The position numbers were made by a program, and so were the translations under genes. This document shows positions 1 to 8,811 of a DNA stretch of 64,000 nt, in pieces. This DNA is from an uncultured Bacilli bacterium. GTDB taxonomy: Bacteria; Bacillota_I; Bacilli_A; RFN20; CAG-288. The notes under the pieces were generated by a model. It saw nothing but the letters and a program-made list of their open reading frames with translations, had not been told where the DNA came from and made no database searches. How positions within the stretch are numbered: the stretch's first letter is position 1; each line of letters opens with the position of its first letter. The DNA is taken from NCBI GenBank assembly GCA_944372245.1, contig CALVYN010000001.1, positions 616 through 64,615 on the forward strand. Direction: 5' to 3'.

Positions 1-1
1 C

Positions 2-283
2 TACACGATCAACCTGCTGGCTCAATTCCTCAAGATGTGCGAGACCACCGATGTCAGCCCCGACTATCGCAGAGAGGGAATCAACAAGCTAGTTCGCCTG
101 CTCACCAAAGAGGAATACATCCGCGGTCTGGATACGCTCGAGACGACCACCGATGAGATCAAGTCCACGCTGAACATGATCCTCAGCGAGGAACCCCATT
201 ATGTCGAGGCGACCACCCTCAACCGCAAGGGCCGGACGAGGAAGAGCCGGTTCCTCAACATGAAATACAATATCTTCGATTAG
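2..283 (+). CDS. 3' part of an unidentified protein; the 5' end lies outside the window
   Basis: The frame of ATG 35 is open back to the window edge and ends at TAG 281-283. Codon usage is GC3-rich like the neighbours. A hairpin terminator follows. No motif recognised. Confidence 0.5.
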   Translation, partial: YTINLLAQFLKMCETTDVSPDYRREGINKLVRLLTKEEYIRGLDTLETTTDEIKSTLNMILSEEPHYVEATTLNRKGRTRKSRFLNMKYNIFD

Positions 284-291
284 AAATGAGA

Positions 292-321
292 AATCCCAGC
301 TTGCAGCGGCTGGGATTTTTT
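292..321 (+). terminator. Rho-independent terminator
   Basis: 9-bp stem AATCCCAGC / GCTGGGATT (292-300 / 309-317) with an 8-nt loop, running into T-run 316-321. Confidence 0.75.
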
Positions 322-432
322 ATGCGTGGTTTTGAACGAGCAGAATGACGAGAAGAGTTCAGCTCACACATAATTCTGGTTCACCGCCGTGCTCTCTTCT
401 CTAGCAGCGGTCAGGGGTGTAAAATAACCAAT

Positions 433-513
433 TGCCATCGCGGTGTCTCCGCTTCGAACCAGGTCAGGGCCGGAAGGCAGCAGCCTTAAGATGCGGTTGC
501 ACGTGCGGTGGTT
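433..513 (+). ncRNA. ffs: Signal recognition particle RNA, small 4.5S-like type; boundaries approximate
   Basis: ACCAGGTCAGGGCCGGAAGGCAGCAGCC (459-486) matches the universally conserved SRP helix-8 core (E. coli 4.5S: ACCAGGUCAGGUCCGGAAGGAAGCAGCC). Flanking arms CCATCGCGGTG / CACGTGCGGTGG can pair. A T-rich tail follows (513-525). Confidence 0.85.
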
Positions 514-563
514 TATTTTTATTTTCTGAGAAACCTATCACGCGATATGAGGAGGTGCGCTCG

Positions 564-1001
564 ATGACCAATACCGATCTGAACCGGGCAATCGAGTGCG
601 CCCTGACAGCCGCACGAAAAGCCCTAGCCGCCGGCGAGATCCCCGTCGGCGCCTGCGTCATGACTGCGGATGGAACAATCCTGGCCAGCGCTGGAAACCG
701 GTGCGAGCAGGATGGCACCCAGCTGGGGCACGCCGAGCTCTACTGCCTCGATGAAGCCTCGAGAAAGACGCCGGGCCGCCGGCTAATCGACTGCGCCCTC
801 GTCGTCACCCTGGAGCCCTGTCTGATGTGTTTGGGTGCCGCCCTCAACGCGGGGATCAGCCGGGTGTACTACCTCGTCTCCTCCCCCGACTCCGGTGCCT
901 TCACCCGCTACGATGTCCACGCCAGAATCGAGGAGCACCACCTCGAATCGGATGAGGCTCAGAAGCTCCTGACGGACTTCTTCAAGACCTTGAGAAAGTA
1001 G
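564..1001 (+). CDS. tadA: tRNA adenosine(34) deaminase
   Basis: ATG 564 has GAGGAGG about 8 nt upstream. CDA-fold zinc motifs HAE and PCxxC (EPCLMCLGA) are present. 145 aa. The ORF-track start at 432 overlaps the SRP RNA and is rejected. Confidence 0.85.
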   Translation: MTNTDLNRAIECALTAARKALAAGEIPVGACVMTADGTILASAGNRCEQDGTQLGHAELYCLDEASRKTPGRRLIDCALVVTLEPCLMCLGAALNAGISRVYYLVSSPDSGAFTRYDVHARIEEHHLESDEAQKLLTDFFKTLRK

Positions 1002-1614
1002 CCCCCAGATTGCAGGTCACCATCAGGCAACCCCTGAGGCAGGTGACCCGCCCGGGGCCTTTTTCAAACTCGTTGGAGATGCCGAGGGAGGAGGTTCGCT
1101 CCAGCTCGCCCTCATAGGAATATCTGAATCCCTCGATGCGCACGCTGGAGCTATTCGGCAGGGATTGAACCGAGATCCGCCCCTGGCCAGAGATGGTGAT
1201 TTTCGAGCCTTCAGGGACGAGAAAAACCTGTTGATTCTGCTCGATGAAACGGATGAAGAATCCCTGGCGAGCATAGCGGGAGGCGACCTCGAGATTGGAT
1301 ATCACCATGTCGATTCTCGGGCCGGAGAGACCGCCGATCACAGTTGCGAACTCGCAGCCTAATTCAGAAGCCACCTTCAGGCTCTCATCGAAATCGGTAA
1401 CATCCTTATCTGTCGGAAGTATGTGTTTAATTTTTATGCTATCAATCTTTGAAGCATCCTCGATTGAGTCGCAGTCACCGACGAAGATAGGAGGTCTTAT
1501 GTTCAGCCTTTCGAGCAGGTCAAAACCTCCATCGACCGCGATGGTGAGATCGAAATTCTCCTCCAGTCTCTCAAGCTGACACTCGCCCGCCAGGGCGATG
1601 AGGCAGGAGCTCAC
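982..1614 (-). CDS. thiN: Thiamine pyrophosphokinase
   Basis: Contains VGDCDS (GDxDS) and DKDVTDFDESL (KDxTDxE) motifs. The GTG start at 1614 overlaps the glf TGA stop (GTGA). The longer track ORF (to 1665) would overlap the glf 3' end. Confidence 0.75.
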   Translation of the reverse strand: MSSCLIALAGECQLERLEENFDLTIAVDGGFDLLERLNIRPPIFVGDCDSIEDASKIDSIKIKHILPTDKDVTDFDESLKVASELGCEFATVIGGLSGPRIDMVISNLEVASRYARQGFFIRFIEQNQQVFLVPEGSKITISGQGRISVQSLPNSSSVRIEGFRYSYEGELERTSSLGISNEFEKGPGRVTCLRGCLMVTCNLGATFSRS

Positions 1615-2732
1615 TTCTGGATCAGCCCCTCGGACTGGGCCATGGTGAAAGCCTGGGACACGCACTCGCCCATGGAGAGGTTTGCAAAGGTGGCGAGGCG
1701 GCCGCCGAAGAGGACGGGCTCGTCCGCCACCAGCTTGAGATACTTCTGAGCCAGCTGGGTGTTGCGGTTGTCCTGGATGGGGTAGTAGGGCTCATCCTGG
1801 GGGCCGCGATACTCCTTGGGATACTCGAAGCTGACCACGGTCTTGGGCGAGTTGCAGCTGTCGGGTGTGAGGAAGCGGTGCTCGATCACGCGGGTGTAGG
1901 GGACTGCGCGGTCGGTGTAGTACATGACCGCCGTACCCTGATAGTTGGTGCCGTCCATGACCTTGGTCTTATAGACGAGAGAGCGGTACTCCAGCATGCC
2001 GAGCTTGCAGTCGAAGTACTGGTCCAGAGGTCCGGTGTAGACGACCTTGTCCGCCAGGGCGGAGAGCTCCTGGCGGTCCTTCAGAAAGTCGACTCCGAGG
2101 CGCACCTCAGCCCGGGAGAGCATCTTCTCCAGAATCGGGGTATAGCCATCGACGGGGACACCCTGATACTCCTCGGTGAACTCGGTCGTGTCAAAGGAGT
2201 AGGAGATGGGGCGCTGGCCCACCAGATAGGTGGGCAGAGTCGTCGCATCGCGGTTCCACTCCTTCTCGATGTAACCCTTGACCAGGGTCTTGTAGATGCT
2301 CCGGCCGATGGTGGCGAGGGCGTGGCTCTCGGCCGAGACGTCCTTGACGACATTCTCCTCGGCGATCTCGCGCGCGACCTGGCGCTTGGCGTCGGCCGGG
2401 TTGGCGGTGCCGAAGACCTCGTAGCAGGTCTGAAGGCTTATGGGCAGGTGGTAGATCTTGCCCTTGAAGTTGGCGACGGGATGGTAGGTGAAGCGATTGA
2501 ACCTGCCAAAGCTATTCAGGTAGTTCCAGACCGCCGCATCGGAGGTGTGGAGGATGTGGGGGCCGTAGAGGTGGACTTGGACGCCCTCCCTCTCCTCGGT
2601 CCGGAGGTTGCCGCCGATGGCGTTGCGCTTCTCCACCACCAGGACCTTCTTGCCGGCGGCGGTGGCCAGATCGGTGAAGACGGCTCCAAACAGGCCGGCG
2701 CCGACGATCAGATAGTCGAATTGTTTATCCAT
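1611..2732 (-). CDS. glf: UDP-galactopyranose mutase
   Basis: N-terminal FAD fold DYLIVGAGLFG, the LYGPHILHT motif, and 373 aa, all typical of Glf. Confidence 0.9.
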   Translation of the reverse strand: MDKQFDYLIVGAGLFGAVFTDLATAAGKKVLVVEKRNAIGGNLRTEEREGVQVHLYGPHILHTSDAAVWNYLNSFGRFNRFTYHPVANFKGKIYHLPISLQTCYEVFGTANPADAKRQVAREIAEENVVKDVSAESHALATIGRSIYKTLVKGYIEKEWNRDATTLPTYLVGQRPISYSFDTTEFTEEYQGVPVDGYTPILEKMLSRAEVRLGVDFLKDRQELSALADKVVYTGPLDQYFDCKLGMLEYRSLVYKTKVMDGTNYQGTAVMYYTDRAVPYTRVIEHRFLTPDSCNSPKTVVSFEYPKEYRGPQDEPYYPIQDNRNTQLAQKYLKLVADEPVLFGGRLATFANLSMGECVSQAFTMAQSEGLIQK

Positions 2733-2788
2733 ATATCAGTAAGTCTTTCTCTTTCAGTGTGTGCCCGCTGGGTGCGGGCAGCCTATTT

Positions 2789-2813
2789 TATAAAAATCGC
2801 AGGTCCCCCTGCG
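2789..2813 (-). terminator. Second of two tandem terminators after yitT
   Basis: Minus strand reads CGCAGG-GGGA-CCTGCG followed by ATTTTTAT. Confidence 0.55.
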
Positions 2814-2849
2814 GGTTTACAGGACAATTCAAACCGGAGAGAGAAAACT

Positions 2850-2882
2850 GAAAAGAAAAGGAGAGCCGGTCTCCCGGCTCTC
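2850..2882 (-). terminator. Rho-independent terminator overlapping the yitT stop codon
   Basis: Minus strand reads GAGAGCCGG-GAGA-CCGGCTCTC followed by CTTTTCTTTT. Confidence 0.7.
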
Positions 2883-4119
2883 ACTGCTTATTCTCGCCCT
2901 TGCGCTCCTCGCGCCGCTCGCGCTTCTCCTGCTTGATGACGCGGTCGACATCCTTCTTGATGTCCTTGGCCTTGGCCTGGTCGGCCTTGCGGGCCTCCTT
3001 CTCCGCGCGCTTGAAGCTGTCGGCAATCTTGCGCTTGCCCTTCTCGGGAATCTGCTTGATGGATTCATCATCGTCATAGGAGAATCCATAGCCCCGAACC
3101 TCGGAGACCGAGGAGACGGTCACAAAGGCGCTAGCATCGGTGCCCTGGATCAGCTTCACCAGGTCGTTGTACTCCTCCCTGGTGAAGGAGACGGAGACCA
3201 CGTAGCGGTCCGCACCGGTGTAGCCGCCTTGGGCGGGATAGATGGTCGTGCCGCGGCCCATGTCCCGATTGATGGCATCGGAGATCTCCTTCCAGCGGCT
3301 GGAGATGATTTCGGCCTTGTACATGCTCTGGGAGCCGACGAACAGCGTCTTGATCATGACCGAACAGATGATGGCTGAGAGGATGCTCACTGCGCCGGAG
3401 ACCAGGTCCTGGACCACGCAGATGCCGATGATGACGATCGAGGCATCGATGATGATGGAGACGGTGTTGGCCTTGAGGCGGGTGTGGTTGGAGATGGCGA
3501 TGATCAGACAGTCGGTGCCGCCGGTGGAGCCACCGCCCTTGAAGGCCAGGGCCACGCCCAGACCCAGGACCACGCCGCCGATGAGACCGGCGACGAGGAC
3601 CACGCCGGCGTTGCCTTCGGCTGCTGCACCGCCAGTGGCTTCAAGACTTTCGCCCACAAAATAGTTCTCGAGCCTCATCCACCCCATACCCGGAGCGTCG
3701 CGGATTGCGTCGAAGACCCAGACGAAGATAGGATAGACGACGGTCGAGATACCTGTCTTGAGGGTGAAGTCGAAGCCGACGATGAAGAGTCCCAGGATGA
3801 AGAAGAAGACGGTCAGGATCGTGATGAGGGTGTTGATACCGCCGATGGCATCCAAGCTGCCACCGCACAGCTTGACCACCGCCTCGATGACCAGGGCGAT
3901 ACCCGAGTTGCCGCCGGAGATGATGTTGGCCGGGACCATGAAGATCGAGGTGTTGAAGGAGAGGAGGATGGTGCCGATGATGACCAGCGCCATGTTGAGG
4001 GCGATTCTCGAAGGCTTAACGTCCTTATACTGAGTGCGCCATTCCTTCTTAAATTCCAGAATCTTACGATTGAACCAACTTCTGATGGCGCTATTAACTT
4101 TAGAGGTGAATTCAGCCAT
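2881..4119 (-). CDS. YitT-family membrane protein (DUF2179 C-terminal domain) with a Lys/Glu/Arg-rich tail
   Basis: Multi-TM N-terminal region rich in Gly. The DUF2179-like segment is [35 protein letters not shown]. The start overlaps the prfB stop by 8 nt. Confidence 0.7.
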   Translation of the reverse strand: MAEFTSKVNSAIRSWFNRKILEFKKEWRTQYKDVKPSRIALNMALVIIGTILLSFNTSIFMVPANIISGGNSGIALVIEAVVKLCGGSLDAIGGINTLITILTVFFFILGLFIVGFDFTLKTGISTVVYPIFVWVFDAIRDAPGMGWMRLENYFVGESLEATGGAAAEGNAGVVLVAGLIGGVVLGLGVALAFKGGGSTGGTDCLIIAISNHTRLKANTVSIIIDASIVIIGICVVQDLVSGAVSILSAIICSVMIKTLFVGSQSMYKAEIISSRWKEISDAINRDMGRGTTIYPAQGGYTGADRYVVSVSFTREEYNDLVKLIQGTDASAFVTVSSVSEVRGYGFSYDDDESIKQIPEKGKRKIADSFKRAEKEARKADQAKAKDIKKDVDRVIKQEKRERREERKGENKQ

Positions 4120-5234
4120 TTGACCGCGACCTCACGAAGTTCCAGCGCAGGAAGGCATCGATGAAGCCATCGAGGTTGCCGTCCATCACCGACTGGACAT
4201 CGGTCTCGGAGTAGTCGGTCCGATGGTCCTTGACCAGGGTGTAGGGCTGGAAGACGTAGGAGCGGATCTGGCTGCCCCACTCGATGTCCTTCTTCACGCC
4301 ATTGATGGCCGCCAGCTTGGCCTGGCGCTCCTTCTCCATGCGCTGGAAGAGCCTGGCCTTGAGCATGTTCATGGCCATGGCCTTGTTCTGCATCTGGGAG
4401 CGCTCGACCTGGCAGGTCACCACGATGCCGGTGGGCTTGTGGATGATGCGGACGGCCGACTCGGTCTTGTTGACGTTCTGGCCGCCGGCACCCGAGCTGC
4501 GATAGGTCTCGATCGTCAGGTCGGCGGGGTTGATCTGGATGTCGATCGTGTCGTCGATGGCGGGCATGACGTTGACCGAGGCGAAGGAGGTGTGCCTGGC
4601 GTGCGAGGCATCGAAGGGAGAGATGCGGACCAGGCGGTGCACGCCCAGCTCCGACTTGAGCCGGCCGTAGGCGTAGCGCCCCTGGATCTGGATGGTGGCC
4701 GAGGAGATGCCGGCCTCATCGCCCTCCTGGTAGTCCACCAGGATGCACTTGTAGTGGTGGGAGTCGGCAAAGCGCTGATACATCCTCAGAAGCATCGCCG
4801 CCCAGTCGTGAGCCTCGGTGCCGCCGGCGCCGGGGTGGAAGTCGATGATGGCGTCCATCCGGTCGTAGGGCCCCGAGAGATAGGTCTCGCGCTCGAACTC
4901 CAACGAGTCCCGCTCCAGGTTCTTGACACTGATCTCAACCTGCTGGTGGAGGTCGCGGTCATCCTCCTCCTTCAGGAGGGCGATTGCGCCCTGGCAGTCC
5001 TCCAGCCGCTGCTCCAGAGAGAGCAGCGACTCGCGCTGCCCCTGGAGGTTTGAAAGCTCGCCGTTGACCTTCGCCGCCTGCGCCGGGTCGGACCAGAATC
5101 CGTCAGCGCTGGCCTTCTGCTCCAGCTCGGCGATTCTCGCCTCTATCCGAGGTAGGTCAAAGCCCACCTCTCAGTCCACTGAGGCGAGAGGCGATCGTCT
5201 CAGTCTCGTTTCCGAGTTCGTAGAGTTCCTTCAT
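4112..5234 (-). CDS. prfB: Peptide chain release factor 2, made by a programmed +1 frameshift
   Basis: Frame 0 runs ATG 5234 ... CTT(5162-5160) TGA(5159-5157) and encodes [25 protein letters not shown]. The +1 frame continues [13 protein letters not shown]... with SPF and GGQ (SGAGGQNVN) motifs. Total 373 aa. Confidence 0.93.
5156..5171 (-). promoter_or_regulatory. RF2 autoregulatory +1 frameshift site
   Basis: Minus strand reads AGA GGT GGG CTT TGA C. This is an internal SD-like AGGTGGG, 3 nt before the slippery CTT-TGA-C. Confidence 0.9.
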
Positions 5235-5296
5235 AGTTACCTCAACTTTCTACATCTGCAAACGAATGTTTAATCGAATTTTCTCAGCAATTACAG

Positions 5297-8164
5297 TTAG
5301 TTCTTGAGCTCGCCGAGGAGGGACACCATCAGGGTGTCAAACTCCTTCTGCGACCCGAAAGCCGCCGTGGCCGAGGCGGGGACCTCGGGCTTGGACATGG
5401 CCGCCTTCAGAGTCATCGAGTCGGCATCGGAGAAGCCGGGGAAGGTGCCCACGATCAGGACGGAGAGCTCCTGCTTGCCCAGGTAGCCCATCTCGACCAG
5501 CTTGATCAGGGCGTTGACGACAGCGCCGGGGGCATAGCCCTTGTTGAGCAGGGACATGCACTCGATCTGGACGTCGCGGGCGGTTGGGCGATAGCTCTTG
5601 ACCGCCTTGGCCACCTCGCCAGCGGAAGCGTGGACCGCGCCGGAGTCGGCCGCGGCGCGGACGGAGTTGACGCTGCTGGCCAGACGGAGCTGGGCCGCCT
5701 TCTCGGCCGCCTGGGTGCGGGCCCGCATGGTGGAGGCCACCTCGGCCTGCTCCTGGTTCTCCTCGGCCTGAGCGCGGTTGCCAGCGCTGGTGCGGAAGCG
5801 GACGTTGAGCAGGCGGTAGACGATATCGTCGGCGATGGTCACCTGCATCTTGTCAAACATCGCGTAGCCCTCGTTGGTGTAGGCCTGGAGGGGATCGGTG
5901 TTGGCGTAGGAGCGGAGCCAGATGGCGTCTCTGAGCTTGGCCATGGTGTCGATGTGCTTGGTCCAGGAGCGGTCGATGCAGGTCATGGCGATCTGCTTCT
6001 CCGCGTAGTCCTGCATCTTCTTGGACCAGCCGGCCTTGTGCTTGGAGTAGAGGTCGATAAGGAGGGTCGCCAAATACTCGGTGCCCTCCTCCTCTGTCAG
6101 GCCCGCGAAGGCCTGGCCGTTGAACTTGCCCTTGGGCAGGTCGCGGGCCTCGACCAGGGTGGTCAGCTTGTCGGCATCGACCACGGTCTCCTGGTCGACG
6201 ACGTGGAGCGACTGCTGGATGAAGTTGTGCGCCGCGGTCTTGAAGTAGTCGGGGATGGTGTCGGAGATCGACTCGGAGTAGAGGATGTTGTCGCGCTTGG
6301 CGTACATGATCTCGCGCTGCTGGCGCAGGATGTCATCGTAGTCGAGCAGCGACTTGCGGGTATCGAAGTTCTGACCCTCGACCTTCTTCTGGGCCTGGGT
6401 GATCGAGCGGGTCATCATCGAGGACTCGAGCGCGCCGGGGCCCAAGCCCTCGAAGACCTTGGACATGGTGTCGGAGGAGAAGCGCTTGAGCAGGGAGTCC
6501 TGGATGGCCACGTAGAACTTGGAGTAGCCGGGGTCGCCCTGACGGCCGGAGCGGCCGCGCAGCTGGTTGTCGATGCGGCGAGACTCGTTGCGCTCGGTGC
6601 CGATGACGGCCAGACCGTTGTAGTGGCGTCTAGCCTGGAGCTCGGGATCCTTGCACAGGTCCTTCACGCCGGCGCCCAGCTTGATATCGGTACCGCGGCC
6701 GGCCATATTGGTCGCGACGGTCACCGCGCCCTTCTGACCCGCCTGGGCGACGATGGTCGCCTCGCGGGCGTGGTTCTTCGCGTTCAGGACCTCGTGGGGA
6801 ATGTTGTGCTGGTTGAGCAGGCGGTCGACGATCTCGGACTTCTCGACCGAGGGGGTGCCGATCAGGACGGGCTGGCCGTGGTTGTGGCGGTCGATGACGT
6901 CCTCGATCAGGGCGTTGTACTTGGCCTCCTCGGAGCCAAAGACGGAGTCGATGTCATCGAAGCGGATGACGGGGCGGTTGGTGGGGATGGGGATGACGCG
7001 CATGTTGTAGATCTTGCGGAACTCCTCCTCCTCGGTCTTGGCGGTACCGGTCATGCCGGCCAGCTTGTCGTAGAGGCGGAAGAAGTTCTGGTAGGTGATG
7101 GTGGCCTTGGTCACGGTCTCGGGCTTGATCTCGACGTGCTCCTTGGCCTGGATGGCCTGCTGGAGGCCATCGGAGTACTCGCGGCCCTTGAGGACGCGGC
7201 CGGTGAAGGAGTCGATCAGCTCGACAGCGCCATCGGCAACCATGTACTCGATGTCGCGCTTCATGATGTAGTTGGCCTTGAGCGCCTGCTGGATGCGGTG
7301 GACCAGGTCGGCGTAGCGGGGCTCGAAGAGGTTGGCGATGCCGAAGTCGGCCTGCAGCTTGTTGATGCCGGCGTCGGTCAGGGTGGCGACCTTCTTCTTC
7401 ACGTCGATGGTGAAGTCGACGTTCTCGTGCAGCGACTTGACCGCGCGGTCAGCCGCGGTGTAGGAGGAGACGGTCACGCCCGAGCCGCCGGAGATGATCA
7501 GAGGGGTGCGGGACTCGTCGACCAGGATCGAGTCGGCCTCATCGATGATGGCGAAGTGCAGACCCGTGTGGCGCAGGACGCGGTTGGCCACGGAGGTGGC
7601 CATGTTGTCGCGCAGGTAGTCGAAACCCAGCTCGGAGTTGGTGGTGTAGGTGATGTCGCAGTTGTAGGCCGCCTGCTTGTCGGCGGTGTTCTTGTCGTGC
7701 GAGTTCACGCCGACGGTCAGGCCGAGGAAGCGATAGATCTGACCCATCCAGTCAGCGTCGCGGGAAGCCAGGTACTGGTTGACGGTGACGACGTGGACAC
7801 CCTTGCCCTCCAGGGCGTTGAGGTAGACGGCCATGGTCGCGGTCAGGGTCTTACCCTCACCGGTCTTCATCTCGGCCACGTCGCCCTCGTTGAGGACGGT
7901 GGAACCGAAGACCTGGACGGGATAGGGATACTGTCCGATGGTGCGGCGCGCCGCCTCGCGGGCGGTGGCGAAGGCATCGGGCAGGATGTCGTCGACGGTG
8001 GCGCCCTCAGCCAGGCGCCGCTTCAGCTCGGGGGTCATATCCTTGAGCTGGCGGTCGGTCATCTTGCGGTACTTCTCTTCCAGGGCGAAAACGGGCTTAG
8101 CCTTCCTCTCGATCTTCTTGAGAGCGCGGGCATCAATGCGGAAAACCTTCTCGAGAAAACTCAT
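5297..8164 (-). CDS. secA: Preprotein translocase ATPase SecA, with an atypical C-terminal region
   Basis: 955 aa. Contains DEAD-motor motifs (MKTGEGKT, DEADSILVDE, TNMAGRGTDI). The C-terminal ~130 aa has no Cys-rich zinc finger. Confidence 0.95.
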   Translation of the reverse strand: MSFLEKVFRIDARALKKIERKAKPVFALEEKYRKMTDRQLKDMTPELKRRLAEGATVDDILPDAFATAREAARRTIGQYPYPVQVFGSTVLNEGDVAEMKTGEGKTLTATMAVYLNALEGKGVHVVTVNQYLASRDADWMGQIYRFLGLTVGVNSHDKNTADKQAAYNCDITYTTNSELGFDYLRDNMATSVANRVLRHTGLHFAIIDEADSILVDESRTPLIISGGSGVTVSSYTAADRAVKSLHENVDFTIDVKKKVATLTDAGINKLQADFGIANLFEPRYADLVHRIQQALKANYIMKRDIEYMVADGAVELIDSFTGRVLKGREYSDGLQQAIQAKEHVEIKPETVTKATITYQNFFRLYDKLAGMTGTAKTEEEEFRKIYNMRVIPIPTNRPVIRFDDIDSVFGSEEAKYNALIEDVIDRHNHGQPVLIGTPSVEKSEIVDRLLNQHNIPHEVLNAKNHAREATIVAQAGQKGAVTVATNMAGRGTDIKLGAGVKDLCKDPELQARRHYNGLAVIGTERNESRRIDNQLRGRSGRQGDPGYSKFYVAIQDSLLKRFSSDTMSKVFEGLGPGALESSMMTRSITQAQKKVEGQNFDTRKSLLDYDDILRQQREIMYAKRDNILYSESISDTIPDYFKTAAHNFIQQSLHVVDQETVVDADKLTTLVEARDLPKGKFNGQAFAGLTEEEGTEYLATLLIDLYSKHKAGWSKKMQDYAEKQIAMTCIDRSWTKHIDTMAKLRDAIWLRSYANTDPLQAYTNEGYAMFDKMQVTIADDIVYRLLNVRFRTSAGNRAQAEENQEQAEVASTMRARTQAAEKAAQLRLASSVNSVRAAADSGAVHASAGEVAKAVKSYRPTARDVQIECMSLLNKGYAPGAVVNALIKLVEMGYLGKQELSVLIVGTFPGFSDADSMTLKAAMSKPEVPASATAAFGSQKEFDTLMVSLLGELKN

Positions 8165-8208
8165 CTCATACCCCCTGTATCCTTATTTAAAGGTTGTAAA
8201 GCCTAAGA

Positions 8209-8236
8209 ATTATATTGCAACCAACCCATTTCCCAA
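8209..8236 (-). promoter_or_regulatory. Candidate sigma-70-type promoter for secA-prfB-yitT
   Basis: Minus strand reads TTGGGA, a 16-nt spacer, then TATAAT (-10 at 8209-8214). It lies about 45 nt upstream of the secA ATG. Confidence 0.5.
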
Positions 8237-8317
8237 AGTGCGAGAAGAATGTGTGTCATCTTCAAGCGATTAGTTTCCACCCTGCAGGTGGAAACAAGTC
8301 GCTTAAAAACCAGAGTG

Positions 8318-8348
8318 CGAAAACAAAAGGCGAGCCATCAGGCTCGCC
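8318..8348 (-). terminator. Rho-independent terminator
   Basis: GGCGAGCC-TGAT-GGCTCGCC on the minus strand, followed by TTTTGTTTTC. Confidence 0.75.
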
Positions 8349-8352
8349 ACTG

Positions 8353-8811
8353 CTACTCGGGCAGGATGATCGCCGTGCGATCCTCGCCCAGGAAGATGAC
8401 CTTGATGCTGCGGTCCAGCATCACTCTGGCATCCACCTCCCACAGAGGTCCCTGCGAGGGGACGTTGACCTTCTTCCCGTCAGGGAGCATCACGTTGAGC
8501 TCCAGATGGTAGCGGTTCTGCGTCCTGGCCCGCTCGACCTTGTAGGGCACCGCGCGGCAGATGACGCCGTGCTTCTTCGCCCGCAGGGAAAGGGTCAGAA
8601 GAATGACCAGTTCTGCCACGGACCAGAGGAGGAAGACGCCGCCGATGCAGGCCCCCAGGATGTAGAGCCACATCATCTCGACCAGGAAACCGATGACAAA
8701 GACGACGATGCCGAAGGCTCCGAGGATGGCATTCCTGATGACGCTGGAGAGATGCCTCTTGAAGGAGAGACTGTGCCAGCTGAGCTTAAAGAGATCTAGT
8801 CCTTCCGCCAT
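8353..8811 (-). CDS. Small membrane protein, unknown function
   Basis: Two clear hydrophobic helices followed by a soluble C-terminal domain. The start overlaps the upstream YfhO-like stop by 16 nt. Confidence 0.55.
   Translation of the reverse strand: MAEGLDLFKLSWHSLSFKRHLSSVIRNAILGAFGIVVFVIGFLVEMMWLYILGACIGGVFLLWSVAELVILLTLSLRAKKHGVICRAVPYKVERARTQNRYHLELNVMLPDGKKVNVPSQGPLWEVDARVMLDRSIKVIFLGEDRTAIILPE

Noticed and set aside
432-563. N-terminal extension of tadA given in the ORF track.
   Set aside because: It overlaps the SRP RNA and its U-tail. It has no SD. The conserved TadA sequence begins at ATG 564, which has a strong SD.
982-1001. 20-bp convergent overlap of the tadA and thiN 3' ends, and CTAG-shared stop codons of convergent genes at 31188-31191.
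   Set aside because: These are consistent with the very compact gene packing seen throughout the window. There is no evidence of regulatory significance.
5630-8206. An 858-aa plus-strand ORF opposite secA. Similar giant antisense ORFs occur at 1878-2936, 9285-11876, 19898-21274, 22304-23953, 25793-28180, 32999-36409, 37863-39491, 39443-40996, 40923-42704, 47361-48812, 49017-50276, 56191-57600 and 58594-59802.
   Set aside because: Their translations are low-complexity Gly/Ala/Val/Asp/Leu/Arg strings with no motifs. The opposite strand encodes unmistakable conserved proteins (SecA, YfhO, PepC, PyrG, RNase R, GroEL and others). Stop-free antisense frames are expected in GC3-rich genes.
8266-8302. 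Strong 16-bp hairpin (GCGATTAGTTTCCACC-CTGCA-GGTGGAAACAAGTCGC) between a terminator and the secA promoter, considered as a REP-like repeat or second terminator.
   Set aside because: There is no U-tract on either strand, and I found no second copy in the window. The function is undetermined, so it is not called.
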